Source: Clostridium sp. (GTDB taxonomy: Bacteria; Bacillota; Clostridia; Lachnospirales; Lachnospiraceae). Taken from it: a DNA stretch of 64,000 nt. The position numbers and the translations under genes are program-made. The stretch is from the NCBI GenBank assembly GCA_036634775.1, contig JAVWRQ010000006.1, positions 1,252-65,251 of the forward strand, written 5' to 3'. Shown piece by piece: positions 1-9,575 of this stretch; the first letter of the stretch is position 1; every line of letters starts with the position of its first letter. A model generated the notes under the pieces. The model had not been told where the DNA came from. It saw only the letters and a program-made list of their open reading frames with translations, and did not search any database.

Positions 1-791
1 ATCTCCGGCATCGTCATCTGAAGTGCTGACGGATTCTCTGCATCCCGACTCTCGTGTACAAAATTCAAAGCACATTCAGCAAGCTGGTTAATGGGGATGG
101 CTATATTATGATTCAGATTGCAAAGCAGCAAAAATAAGAAAAAAGTAGTGAGTGAACCGGCACCGATTAGAATAATCACCACATAAAGTGCCATCGTTTT
201 GTACACTTCATTCATGGATATATCTGCTGAGAGAGCCGCCACCGGTTTTCCCTCTGAGTTGGAGATTGCCATCACGCCGGTATACATATAACCAAACTCC
301 GTATGATTGGGGTAAAATGAAATTCCATCCCCCTGCTTCATATAATATTTATATTGTTTCACTACCTCTATCGGATATTCATGTCCTGAGTAATCACCCA
401 AACTGATGCTGTCGCCATATTTTTCTTTCTCCTCTTTTGTTGTTCCGGTCATAACATACATCATATTATCCAATTCATTCTCATTCTTTGGAACAATCAG
501 ATATAAATATTCAATATTGGTATGTTCACGCAAACGGTTGAACTCCTGCTGCGTTTCTTCATATACAGAGCTCTTCTTCAGTGATTTGATACACATCTCC
601 ATATCATCCTCCACTACCGCATCAGATGCCAGATGAATGATACCGGTCAGATATTCCTGATACTTTTGCATCATTCCCCTGTAGTAAGTAGCAAATCCCA
701 CAAATCCAATGATGAGGCTTAGTATGAATGAAAAACCATTACAGGTAAGAAGAATTCGTATACTTAATTTTTTAATTTTCTTATCTCTCAT
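1..791 (-). CDS. Membrane sensor protein (TM-extracellular sensor-TM-HAMP), 3' truncated by the window edge; probably a PP2C/SpoIIE-type phosphatase
   Basis: Not in the ORF track because no stop lies in the window. ATG at 791 overlaps the end of the upstream ORF. My translation is MRDKKIKKLSIRILLTCNGFSFILSLIIGFVGFATYY...VAALSADISMNEVYKTMALYVVIILIGAG...IAIPINQLAECALNF: two TM helices, a Cache-like loop and a HAMP start. The output domain is outside the window; phosphatase is inferred from the STAS/anti-sigma neighbours. Confidence 0.7.
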   Translation of the reverse strand, partial: MRDKKIKKLSIRILLTCNGFSFILSLIIGFVGFATYYRGMMQKYQEYLTGIIHLASDAVVEDDMEMCIKSLKKSSVYEETQQEFNRLREHTNIEYLYLIVPKNENELDNMMYVMTGTTKEEKEKYGDSISLGDYSGHEYPIEVVKQYKYYMKQGDGISFYPNHTEFGYMYTGVMAISNSEGKPVAALSADISMNEVYKTMALYVVIILIGAGSLTTFFLFLLLCNLNHNIAIPINQLAECALNFVHESRDAENPSALQMTMPE

Positions 792-3768
792 TATTGATTC
801 TCCCCCCGACCTCATTATTTATCGTATTGTTCATCTCATCCCGGTCTTTTCCAGTTATAAAAGAATAGATGACCATCGCACCCACGGATAGTCCCGTCAA
901 AATAATCGTACCGGTCAATATTCCAGTATTGGCAATAGCTGCAAAGATACTACTTCCGGCTGAATCTGCTAAATTATCGGAAAAGTTATAAATGCCCATT
1001 GCCCTATCTTCTCCGTATTCCTGTACCTCTTTATGTCTGCAAAAGTACAGGTTTCTGACCGGTGTACCAAAACTGTTGGAAATACCCAATAAAAATACGG
1101 TCAGAACCAACATCGGTATAGTGGGATGCAACGTAAATAGTAATATAGCAAAAAGTGAAAGTATTTCTGATAAATACAAAGTTCGTTTCCCATATTTCCC
1201 ATATAGGCGGTCTGTAATCGCCATGCTTAAGAAAACCCCCGTGAGGGAATTAAGCACCAGCAAAAGACTGATTCTGGATTCTGTCATTCCACCGGAGTTC
1301 GCAAATACCGGTACAAAATAGCTAATAAAACCATTCAATACAATATATGGCATCTGTATCAGTAAAAGATACACCATCGGCTTAGGCGCAGATAAAAAAG
1401 TAATTGCCGATTTCCCCTTTGCTTTTTCCGAACAGGCTCCCGAACGGAAACGTTTGCCAATTACTAGGAATAGTATGATAATACCTGCCCACAGTGCCGA
1501 TGAAAAAAAGAATACCCGCGACTGGCCAAAGCGCTCTGCCACGGTTCCCCCGATTACCATACCACAGATAATTCCGGATAATGAAGAACTGTTCATAATC
1601 GAAAATCCTTCCTGTTGGGTCTTTGTATCGGTAGCTGCTACACTGGCAGATAATATACTTATCACTAGTCCGGTACCAATTCCGTTACATGCAAGTCCAA
1701 AGAATGCAATGCAGTAATCGCCGGACAGTGCCATCATCAAATCACCGGCAAAGGAAAATCCCGCCCCCAAAGCCATCGTGTAACGAAACGTCAGCCGCCT
1801 GAGAAGTGGTGCTGCCACCAGTGCTGCTGCCCCCATCAGAAAGAAATTAACCGTAAGCGGCAGAGAACCGACCAGTGCCCGGTCAAAAGGCAGACTGCCA
1901 TCATAGAGTGATTCCATGAAAACCGGTAAGAAAGAGGACGGCATATTAAATGCAGTATAACAGAATAGTACCCCTAGTCTAACATAGGACATCGGAAGTC
2001 CGGGTTCCTCCCTGTGTTTCTTTCTGCCGGCAAAAAATCCACTGGCCTCATTTACCAGGAACACCGCTACAATTACAAGAAGTGCCACTTTAATAATAAT
2101 ATCCAGAAAAATCCGGCTGATTTTATCATTTAAACTATAGAGTACCATGCCGATCTCAATCGCACCGCACACGTTCCCGGCAACATCTTTAACCGGACTT
2201 TTTACATAGATATAAGAGCCGCTGGAATCATCTTTACCCTTATTAATATAGGAATTTCCAGTACTGTATACCTCTTCCAACTCACTTTTCTCATATTGAT
2301 CCAGAGGATAATAGGCACCAATAGACTGATCTAAATAAGAAATTGCATAAGACCGCTCATTCTCATATTTGATGAGATTACAGTACATTTTATTACTGTA
2401 ATCATAGTGTTTATCAATTGCCCCGGTCATAAATGACTGAAGATTTTTATAGGCATCGCTTCCATAATCACCAGGATAAACCACCCCATTTAAATCATTA
2501 ATATCAATATTGGATACAGCAATCTGCGCCGCCATCTGCATCTGTTCTACCTGAGCTTCAATGTATATTTTGCGAAATTCCCGCAGCACATTGGGGACTA
2601 CTACCACTGCCGTTGCAATGATACAGGCAATCGTGACTAAAAGCAGATGCCATTTAGCAAAATACCTTTTTTTTATCAGCCAATTCAATCCAAACACAGC
2701 AAAACAGATTAGGATAACCAGTCCTGCGACAAATAATACCATCTGCAGCAGCTCCACTACGATCGGTAAACCCCCATAGGTATACCGCTCCGTTGCAACC
2801 CCACTCTCGATTTTCCCACCTGCATTTATTGTAAACAGTCCCACCGACTGGTCATATACCACACTCAGCTGCTGCGCCTCTGCTCTTCCTGACAGGTTGA
2901 TACTCAGTAAAATAGCATCTGACAGCTCGACCCCCGCATATTCGCCAAACAAGTCACCAATCACATACTCTTTTTCTTTCTTTCCGTCTCGAAATGCAAG
3001 GATACTTTCATTTGCGATATCGGCAGCATACAGGGTTTCATCATAACCGGAAGTCAGATAGTAGGGCAATTGATACGAGGCGCCGGGCGGTGCATAAATA
3101 AGCTGATTCCCGCTCTTGGTGCAATGATATATATCACCTCTTTTATCCACTGCATATACACTGTTTCCATCTCTTCCAATGGAAAAATTTTGTATATCAC
3201 CACTGTGTTCCCATGCATATACTTCTGAACCCATTGTTTCTCCGTCTGAAAAATGCAGTTGATATCCCTGTGTTTCTATGGTAATAAACTGAATTCCTCT
3301 CCGCGTCGGCGTGAGTGCAAAGATGCGATGTTTTCCGATCCGTTCGCTGCCTTCCGTGTAATCCTGCTGATAGATTGTTTTATCATAAATTCCATATTTA
3401 TCATATCGTAAAATCTGTTCTTTCATGATCTGAAGTCCATTGGTATCCCAGTCCATCGTACGCACATACAGATTTCCCTCTGCATCCGCTACCGCTTCTT
3501 CTGCCTGAGAAAATTGTCCTTTCCCGTGGGCATCGGAAGATAGACGATATTGTACTTTCCCGTCGATTCCGATTTTCAAAATCTCACATTTACTATCATC
3601 GATCAGATAGGTATTACCCCCTTCATCGGTAGTCATAAAAGAAGGATATGCTACGGTCTCCCCCATAGTCGGAGAAAGAGGAAAATACCATCTTAATAAT
3701 ACAGCTGCCACCAGACAAAAGCAGCCTAACAAAAAGACACCTGCCTTAGTGGCAGTTGATTTCACCAT
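781..3768 (-). CDS. Fusion protein: extracellular beta-propeller-like region + Cache-like sensor domain + C-terminal MFS transporter domain
   Basis: N-terminal TM, then repeated beta-strand units (YLIDDSKCEILKI, AVADAEGNLYV, VYAVDKRGDIY, LYAADIANESI). Two TM helices follow, then a Cache-like segment (YCNLIKY...YIYVKSPVKD..GNVCGAIEIG), then about 12 hydrophobic helices of MFS pattern. ATG 3768 overlaps the upstream TGA. Confidence 0.75.
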   Translation of the reverse strand: MVKSTATKAGVFLLGCFCLVAAVLLRWYFPLSPTMGETVAYPSFMTTDEGGNTYLIDDSKCEILKIGIDGKVQYRLSSDAHGKGQFSQAEEAVADAEGNLYVRTMDWDTNGLQIMKEQILRYDKYGIYDKTIYQQDYTEGSERIGKHRIFALTPTRRGIQFITIETQGYQLHFSDGETMGSEVYAWEHSGDIQNFSIGRDGNSVYAVDKRGDIYHCTKSGNQLIYAPPGASYQLPYYLTSGYDETLYAADIANESILAFRDGKKEKEYVIGDLFGEYAGVELSDAILLSINLSGRAEAQQLSVVYDQSVGLFTINAGGKIESGVATERYTYGGLPIVVELLQMVLFVAGLVILICFAVFGLNWLIKKRYFAKWHLLLVTIACIIATAVVVVPNVLREFRKIYIEAQVEQMQMAAQIAVSNIDINDLNGVVYPGDYGSDAYKNLQSFMTGAIDKHYDYSNKMYCNLIKYENERSYAISYLDQSIGAYYPLDQYEKSELEEVYSTGNSYINKGKDDSSGSYIYVKSPVKDVAGNVCGAIEIGMVLYSLNDKISRIFLDIIIKVALLVIVAVFLVNEASGFFAGRKKHREEPGLPMSYVRLGVLFCYTAFNMPSSFLPVFMESLYDGSLPFDRALVGSLPLTVNFFLMGAAALVAAPLLRRLTFRYTMALGAGFSFAGDLMMALSGDYCIAFFGLACNGIGTGLVISILSASVAATDTKTQQEGFSIMNSSSLSGIICGMVIGGTVAERFGQSRVFFFSSALWAGIIILFLVIGKRFRSGACSEKAKGKSAITFLSAPKPMVYLLLIQMPYIVLNGFISYFVPVFANSGGMTESRISLLLVLNSLTGVFLSMAITDRLYGKYGKRTLYLSEILSLFAILLFTLHPTIPMLVLTVFLLGISNSFGTPVRNLYFCRHKEVQEYGEDRAMGIYNFSDNLADSAGSSIFAAIANTGILTGTIILTGLSVGAMVIYSFITGKDRDEMNNTINNEVGGRINNER

Positions 3769-5153
3769 CAATATTCCCCCCCTATATCCGGATATTCTTT
3801 AAATTCCGGAGCTGCATAAAATATGGCATGTTTTCCATCTTTGCTCAATCGATCTGCATAAAAAAACGGATAGATATTTAATTCATTTCCGTGAATTTTA
3901 AGACATTTTCGGTAAGATTCCATCTCGTCAATGCAGTCTACCTCTATAATATCTCTGATTCCATTTAGATAAAATGGCAGAGCAGGCATCGTAATATAAT
4001 CCTTGATTGCCTCCTTCCAATCCACCCTTCTGGTCAATTGGCGAAGCAATCTCGGCTTTTTTTTTAAATAATATTCCTTTTTTTCTTCAAAAATACTTTT
4101 TAATTCTTCTTCCCCATTATGTAATATCGTAACATCCACATTTGGATATTCCTGTGAAAGCCTTTTCATACAATTGATAAAAAGTTTAGCTGCTTCGGCA
4201 GACAGGAGGCAAAATTCGGCTTCTGCCTCTTCTTTAATTGTCTCATCTTCTATATCCACTAATAGACTCTTTAGATATTTTTGATAGGACAGATCCGGAA
4301 TCGGTATAAACGCCGGTGCACAAAATTTATCGGCAAACTCATATACATACTGCAACGCATCGTATTCCTGTGATGTCAGATTTTGTTTATAATTTTTAAA
4401 ATGAATAGCCTTTATATGATCGGCGTTTTCCCGAATATAGTCTTCTACGTCTCCCTCTTCCTCGCGGATGCACTCACCACAGCGCTGATATTTTCTTCCT
4501 GATGAAAAATCAAACTCTAAACTTTCACCATCTTTTTCTGCGATTATGATTCCCATTTCCCATTTGCCAAATAGGCAGGGACCACCTATTACGCCTAATT
4601 TACGTTTTTCTTTCAAGGCTCTACACAGTTCCGAAATGTGGTCGGTAAAAATAGGCATCTCCCAAAGCTTATTTCCCTTTATTTTTCGCAATAGCGGAAT
4701 CTTCTTTGCCAGTTCCCGCATCGAAGTCCCGATGACGCATTGCTTAAAAGAAATCATCGTCCCCGGGTGAACATCCGTGCCAAACAAGTGCCTATTAGCC
4801 GTATTTTCATATTGCTGCTCCAAATCTCTTAAATCTGCCTCCAGCTCTTTCTTCCGGATGCGCAGCTGCCTGATTTCTTCTACGTCATTCCTTGCAGCCT
4901 TAATCTGTTCGGCAGCCTCGTGCCACGCATGTAAAAGTGCTCTGTACTCCGCACATTCCTTCATCGCATTCACACATTGGGATCTTTGATCCAAAATGTC
5001 AAATATCCCATCGGTAACTGCTCCCGGCACCACTTCCATGAATGCTTCCTCTGCTACAAGAAAATCCAGCACATCGCTGCTCTCCTGTGCATATACACCG
5101 GTTGATACTCCGACATCCGCTTTCTTTAATAGCTCTCGAAATGTTATACGCAT
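3768..5153 (-). CDS. Hypothetical cytoplasmic protein, N-terminal coiled coil, C-terminal alpha/beta enzyme-like domain
   Basis: 461-aa ORF translationally coupled to the downstream gene, with no signal peptide or TM. Coiled coil at EQIKAARNDVEEIRQLRIRKKELEADLRDLEQQY. Confidence 0.7.
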   Translation of the reverse strand: MRITFRELLKKADVGVSTGVYAQESSDVLDFLVAEEAFMEVVPGAVTDGIFDILDQRSQCVNAMKECAEYRALLHAWHEAAEQIKAARNDVEEIRQLRIRKKELEADLRDLEQQYENTANRHLFGTDVHPGTMISFKQCVIGTSMRELAKKIPLLRKIKGNKLWEMPIFTDHISELCRALKEKRKLGVIGGPCLFGKWEMGIIIAEKDGESLEFDFSSGRKYQRCGECIREEEGDVEDYIRENADHIKAIHFKNYKQNLTSQEYDALQYVYEFADKFCAPAFIPIPDLSYQKYLKSLLVDIEDETIKEEAEAEFCLLSAEAAKLFINCMKRLSQEYPNVDVTILHNGEEELKSIFEEKKEYYLKKKPRLLRQLTRRVDWKEAIKDYITMPALPFYLNGIRDIIEVDCIDEMESYRKCLKIHGNELNIYPFFYADRLSKDGKHAIFYAAPEFKEYPDIGGEY

Positions 5154-5176
5154 TTTTTAATCAAAAAGTATTCGCC

Positions 5177-5611
5177 TTACAGCGTTCTGCCTTTTGCCTC
5201 CTTGGTGTATTGTTTAAGTATTACTAATCTATTTGTATTGCCGATTCGATCATAGGTTACCGCATCCGAGAGTTCTCTGACCATGAAAATGCCCAGACCG
5301 CCGACTTTTCGTTCCATAACATCTTCTGTCAAATCCGGTTTTTTCTTTAGAAGGGGATTGAATGCCACACCATTGTCCATAAAATACAATCTCAGACAAT
5401 CGTTTTTTTCGTCATATTCGGCTTCTACTGTCATATCGCCGTCATCCTCATATGCATAGTGAATGATATTTACAAGGGTTTCCTCACAAATGGTGCGAAT
5501 TTCATTCTCCTGTTCACTTGACAAAGCAATAAAATCCGCGATATATAAAAGTACCTGATCAATCGCTACATTCAGGTTATCCATTGAAGCTTTTTCTGTC
5601 AATCTCAGCAT
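5177..5611 (-). CDS. Anti-sigma factor / Ser-Thr kinase, RsbW/SpoIIAB-like (HATPase_c_2)
   Basis: N box EETLVNIIHYAY, G1 box FMDNGVAFNPL, G2 box GGLGIFMV; 144 aa. Confidence 0.9.
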   Translation of the reverse strand: MLRLTEKASMDNLNVAIDQVLLYIADFIALSSEQENEIRTICEETLVNIIHYAYEDDGDMTVEAEYDEKNDCLRLYFMDNGVAFNPLLKKKPDLTEDVMERKVGGLGIFMVRELSDAVTYDRIGNTNRLVILKQYTKEAKGRTL

Positions 5612-5649
5612 AATTCACCTGCTCAATCAAAATAAAACTTATCATCCGG

Positions 5650-8600
5650 TTATTTGTTGATTCCTTTCTCAGGGACGTGTTCATTCTCCCTTATCGGTGC
5701 CATCGTCTTGACCGCTACCTCCTTACAAAGTTCCTTAAATTCAATTTCACGCCTTGGCTCAGCTGTCGGAACGGCTGTCGGAACGGCTGTCGGAACGGCT
5801 GTCGAATTTAAAAGTGCAGCTTTTTCTTTGGCTATCATATTCTTTTCAAAAACTACCATCATCTTTTCTGCCAGCACAGTCTTCTCTGCTTCCATGCGAG
5901 CATCTCTTCCTTTGTCATTGTTCCAAGTTTTTTCCGCTTTCTTAGAATTAAGAGTCTGGTACCAATGTCCCACTTCTTTTTGTTTTGCATCCAAGCAGGA
6001 TAAATCCGCCTTAATCGCATACATCTGAATATCTACACTGCCCTCCGCCGTTGGAGTCAACATGGCCATATCCACATGATGCTCGCCGGATACGATAGCA
6101 GACATAATCTCCGCACAAATGGCCGCCTCATGTTGCTTCTCAGATAAGTTCTTATACTGATTTCCATATACCTCTTCTGCGCTCTTACCATCGATAAAGA
6201 AGGTTTCTGAAAGTTGATTGATTCCACAAAGATTCAAGTCTTTTTTCTCGGATTGGGCAAAAAAGGGAATATCAAATCTCGTCTGTAACTCAATTGATCC
6301 ATTTATGATCCATTTACGATCCAGAGGTCTGCCCGCTTTTTCGATTCCAAGTAAGTTGCCTAGGGAATCCGGCGCTACAAAAGGAAGAATTCCATCCGGT
6401 GTTCCACCGGACATGCAAGACTCTCTGTCACCATATACCTTCATCGCAGTGATTACATTGGTCGTATAGTCTTTCCGGGCTACCATTCGGTGACTATTAT
6501 TGGGCTCCCCGGATATGCCTCTTCTATCATATCCCCCATTGTCGAATACTGTATTTATAATATAAGAATCATATGCCATCATGAGATCGGACTGATTATC
6601 AAAATGTGCTTTTTTTATTGGATCGGCATAGCGTTCCTTTTCATACTCCGGGTTTTCTTTTAATTTTACAGTTACCCCTTGATCGCAATCTACTCTCCAT
6701 ATCAACTTTACAACATCCGATTCACTTTTTTCTCTTTGAATCGGATCTGTCGGTGGATTTGTTGTTAAAACCGATAAATCCAATGTCCGTACATCCAAAA
6801 AATCAACGCGATCATAAAAGTCATCCAAAATCGTTTTTCGTTTCTCCGGATGTTCTGTATCATAATAATCTTCGACCATAGTCCCTGTTTTTTCTTTAAT
6901 TTCATCATCGCTTAGACCGGTTGTATCAATAAGATTATAAAGATCCCTCGTATCGATATTGCTTCCATCCCCTATCTCCTTATGGTTCTTAAGATAGTCC
7001 CGAACAACCGCACTCCCAATTGATTGTCTTCGATCTGCTTCCCTCAGCTTTATAAGGACACCCTCGGACAATATGGCATCCGGATTGAATTTTTCTATGT
7101 CATATAAAGGAATCTTTGGAGCCGGATCCAAGTTGTAAGCCAATTTCGCTTTTAGAACATCCGGAGTACGATTCGTCAACACCATCTGCTGCCGATCCTC
7201 CGGGCTCATCTCCGATATCAGCTGATCGGTACCTTCATACATCTCGTCCTCTGTAAAAGGCAGCCATACCTTACCTGCCGGCTGTCCACCCATCAATTTT
7301 TCCTTCATAACTGAAAGTTTGGCAAATGCCGCTGTAACTCCATCTGATACCGCATCGATAGCACCATCAATTATAAACTGAGCTGTTTCTGCACTGGCTT
7401 CACCCACCTGTTTGGTAACCGCAAGCGCATTCTGATACTGCCTCCGTTCTGTCATCTCCGATAATTTTAATCTCTGACGCATTTCCAACACTGACCTATT
7501 ATTCTGTAACTTCTCTTCAGGATTAGAAGCTGTCTGATTCGCTGGTTCACGGGTATGTTCAATTTCTCCAACCAGTTGTTCATATCCCTGCATTATCTTC
7601 CGTGTACTTACATAAAAAGCCGACATGGCACCATGATACTTGGCATCTTTATAAAGATCTTCTTTTTCACTACCCGATAGATTCTGTGGAATTCCGGCTG
7701 CGTATTCGGCTTCGAAACCCAGTTCCAATTGGGTAAACAGTTCATTACAGCCTCCCAATACTGCTTCCAGTCCTTCGCGGGTTGCCATCTGTTCCATCAA
7801 ACGTGCCCCCACCTCTTGCTTAAGATTTTCGATTTGCGTTTGATCGGCACTCTTTTCCGGGTTAATAATATCCACCAGATGATACTCAGGGTGGTCTTTT
7901 TTTACCTGCATGGTCATAATTGTCTCAAGTATGGATGCATCTACATTGATGTCATTACCAAATATCCGGTTCATATCCGCTTCGGAATGTTCACCAATCA
8001 TATACTTTTTCGCATTGTCCCCGGTTATAGAAAAAAGAGTATGGTTATAAGCTTTTTCAAATATTGATTTTTCATTTACAAACTTCTGTTTATTACGATA
8101 TGCCACCCGTTCTGCCTCCGTCTTCTGAAAGGGTTCTACATTTCGCAGAACTACAGTCGTATGAGACATATCGATTTCAATCTGTTTATCGTCTCCCAGC
8201 TTGAATGCCGCCACCGTAATCGGAAGCTCCGCCTTTAAAACTGCAGCGGTCACCTGGGATTCCATCGCCTGTTTCCGTAAATAGTAAGGCATATCCCGGT
8301 ATCTTTCTCCATATAGATCCTGAACACTTTTGCCTCCAATAAAGATAATATCTGCGAAGCTCTTTCCGCCTTCTTTCAAAAGAGCTTCATTTTTTTTCCC
8401 AATAGTCGCCCCTATATTCAGATTATACCATTGTCTTCCAAAGTTCAAATTCTCTATCTCTTTAATCATTATGGCTTGATCTGCTGCCTTTGTAATCGTT
8501 TCATTTTGACTTTGATTGTAAAAAAAGCTGCTTAAATCATACGGGGTCATCGTTTTCATGTTATGCGTTGCGGCTAAGTCATTAATTTTGGACGAATAGT

Positions 8601-9552
8601 AATCGCACAGCAGTTTTTCTGCAGATTTACCACTTTCTTCCTTACTGTAAAGAAATTCTTCCTGATCAATGTATGCGGAACGCTTCACCTGATACTCCGC
8701 CGTTTCCGGCCATTCCCTGCCGCCTCCGTCAGTCATCATTTTAAGATAGGAGGGATCCACAAGTTTCTCAAATGTCATATCTCTAAATTGTTTAAATTCC
8801 GGTTTTGATGATATCTCGGCAAAAAGTCCATTATAGTCATAAATATCCGGAAAAGCCACTACAGGCATGTTTTCTTTATGTTTATTCTGTTCGTTTTTTG
8901 CCTGCGCATACAGTGCATCTACATATGTAATTTCGCTTTCCCCCTGATTTCGCGGTCTTTGAATGGATAGCACATCCCGCTCATCTCCGTAAACAACCTG
9001 CAAACCGATATTTATAAGGGACGAATGCACGATTCGGGCAGCTTCACGAATTGCCGGAAGCTCACCTCCTCCATAGTCACGCATCTGTTTTTTAACATCG
9101 CTGGGAATATCTATAGATACTCGATCATGAATTGCGTCTTGACTAATGGTGAAATAATCGATTACTGCTGTTTCTGCATTTAGCTCAATTACTTTGTTCC
9201 CAAGCACTTCCTGACAAGCCAGTAAAAACTCACCCAGTGCTTTACGCGTTCCGGTAGCTCCTCTAATTTCGCTTTTCTGCTTTTGAAACTCTGTTACAGT
9301 TTCAGCCATGAGTACAGAAGAAATCTCCGGATCTGATATAACCGATAGGTTTTCATTTGCTAATAAAACTTTATTCTTATCGTTAGGATCTCGCATATCA
9401 AACTCATAGGAAGCTGTATTTGTCAACACCTCATTTACACTGCCCATTGTACCGTAAAAGTTTTTGAGATGCTCTTTTTTTATATACTGCTTCCATTCCG
9501 CATTCATCTTCGAATAGTTTTTATCCCAATATTCCTGTGCTTTTGGATTCAT
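5650..9552 (-). CDS. Large hypothetical protein (1300 aa), paralog of 9576..12170; candidate T4SS substrate
   Basis: No signal peptide or TM; RBS AGAAAGGGG. The C-terminal ~800 aa align by eye with the 864-aa neighbour. It has two copies of an FI(G/D)GKS..(L/V)YG module. Confidence 0.8.
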   Translation of the reverse strand: MNPKAQEYWDKNYSKMNAEWKQYIKKEHLKNFYGTMGSVNEVLTNTASYEFDMRDPNDKNKVLLANENLSVISDPEISSVLMAETVTEFQKQKSEIRGATGTRKALGEFLLACQEVLGNKVIELNAETAVIDYFTISQDAIHDRVSIDIPSDVKKQMRDYGGGELPAIREAARIVHSSLINIGLQVVYGDERDVLSIQRPRNQGESEITYVDALYAQAKNEQNKHKENMPVVAFPDIYDYNGLFAEISSKPEFKQFRDMTFEKLVDPSYLKMMTDGGGREWPETAEYQVKRSAYIDQEEFLYSKEESGKSAEKLLCDYYSSKINDLAATHNMKTMTPYDLSSFFYNQSQNETITKAADQAIMIKEIENLNFGRQWYNLNIGATIGKKNEALLKEGGKSFADIIFIGGKSVQDLYGERYRDMPYYLRKQAMESQVTAAVLKAELPITVAAFKLGDDKQIEIDMSHTTVVLRNVEPFQKTEAERVAYRNKQKFVNEKSIFEKAYNHTLFSITGDNAKKYMIGEHSEADMNRIFGNDINVDASILETIMTMQVKKDHPEYHLVDIINPEKSADQTQIENLKQEVGARLMEQMATREGLEAVLGGCNELFTQLELGFEAEYAAGIPQNLSGSEKEDLYKDAKYHGAMSAFYVSTRKIMQGYEQLVGEIEHTREPANQTASNPEEKLQNNRSVLEMRQRLKLSEMTERRQYQNALAVTKQVGEASAETAQFIIDGAIDAVSDGVTAAFAKLSVMKEKLMGGQPAGKVWLPFTEDEMYEGTDQLISEMSPEDRQQMVLTNRTPDVLKAKLAYNLDPAPKIPLYDIEKFNPDAILSEGVLIKLREADRRQSIGSAVVRDYLKNHKEIGDGSNIDTRDLYNLIDTTGLSDDEIKEKTGTMVEDYYDTEHPEKRKTILDDFYDRVDFLDVRTLDLSVLTTNPPTDPIQREKSESDVVKLIWRVDCDQGVTVKLKENPEYEKERYADPIKKAHFDNQSDLMMAYDSYIINTVFDNGGYDRRGISGEPNNSHRMVARKDYTTNVITAMKVYGDRESCMSGGTPDGILPFVAPDSLGNLLGIEKAGRPLDRKWIINGSIELQTRFDIPFFAQSEKKDLNLCGINQLSETFFIDGKSAEEVYGNQYKNLSEKQHEAAICAEIMSAIVSGEHHVDMAMLTPTAEGSVDIQMYAIKADLSCLDAKQKEVGHWYQTLNSKKAEKTWNNDKGRDARMEAEKTVLAEKMMVVFEKNMIAKEKAALLNSTAVPTAVPTAVPTAEPRREIEFKELCKEVAVKTMAPIRENEHVPEKGINK
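5762..5804. repeat. 12-bp coding tandem repeat (GCTGTCGGAACG x ~3.6) encoding TAVP repeats
   Basis: gctgtcggaacg repeated directly in the sequence; protein reads STAVPTAVPTAVPTAEP. Confidence 0.95.
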
Positions 9553-9575
9553 TTTTCCCCTTTCTATTTAAGATA

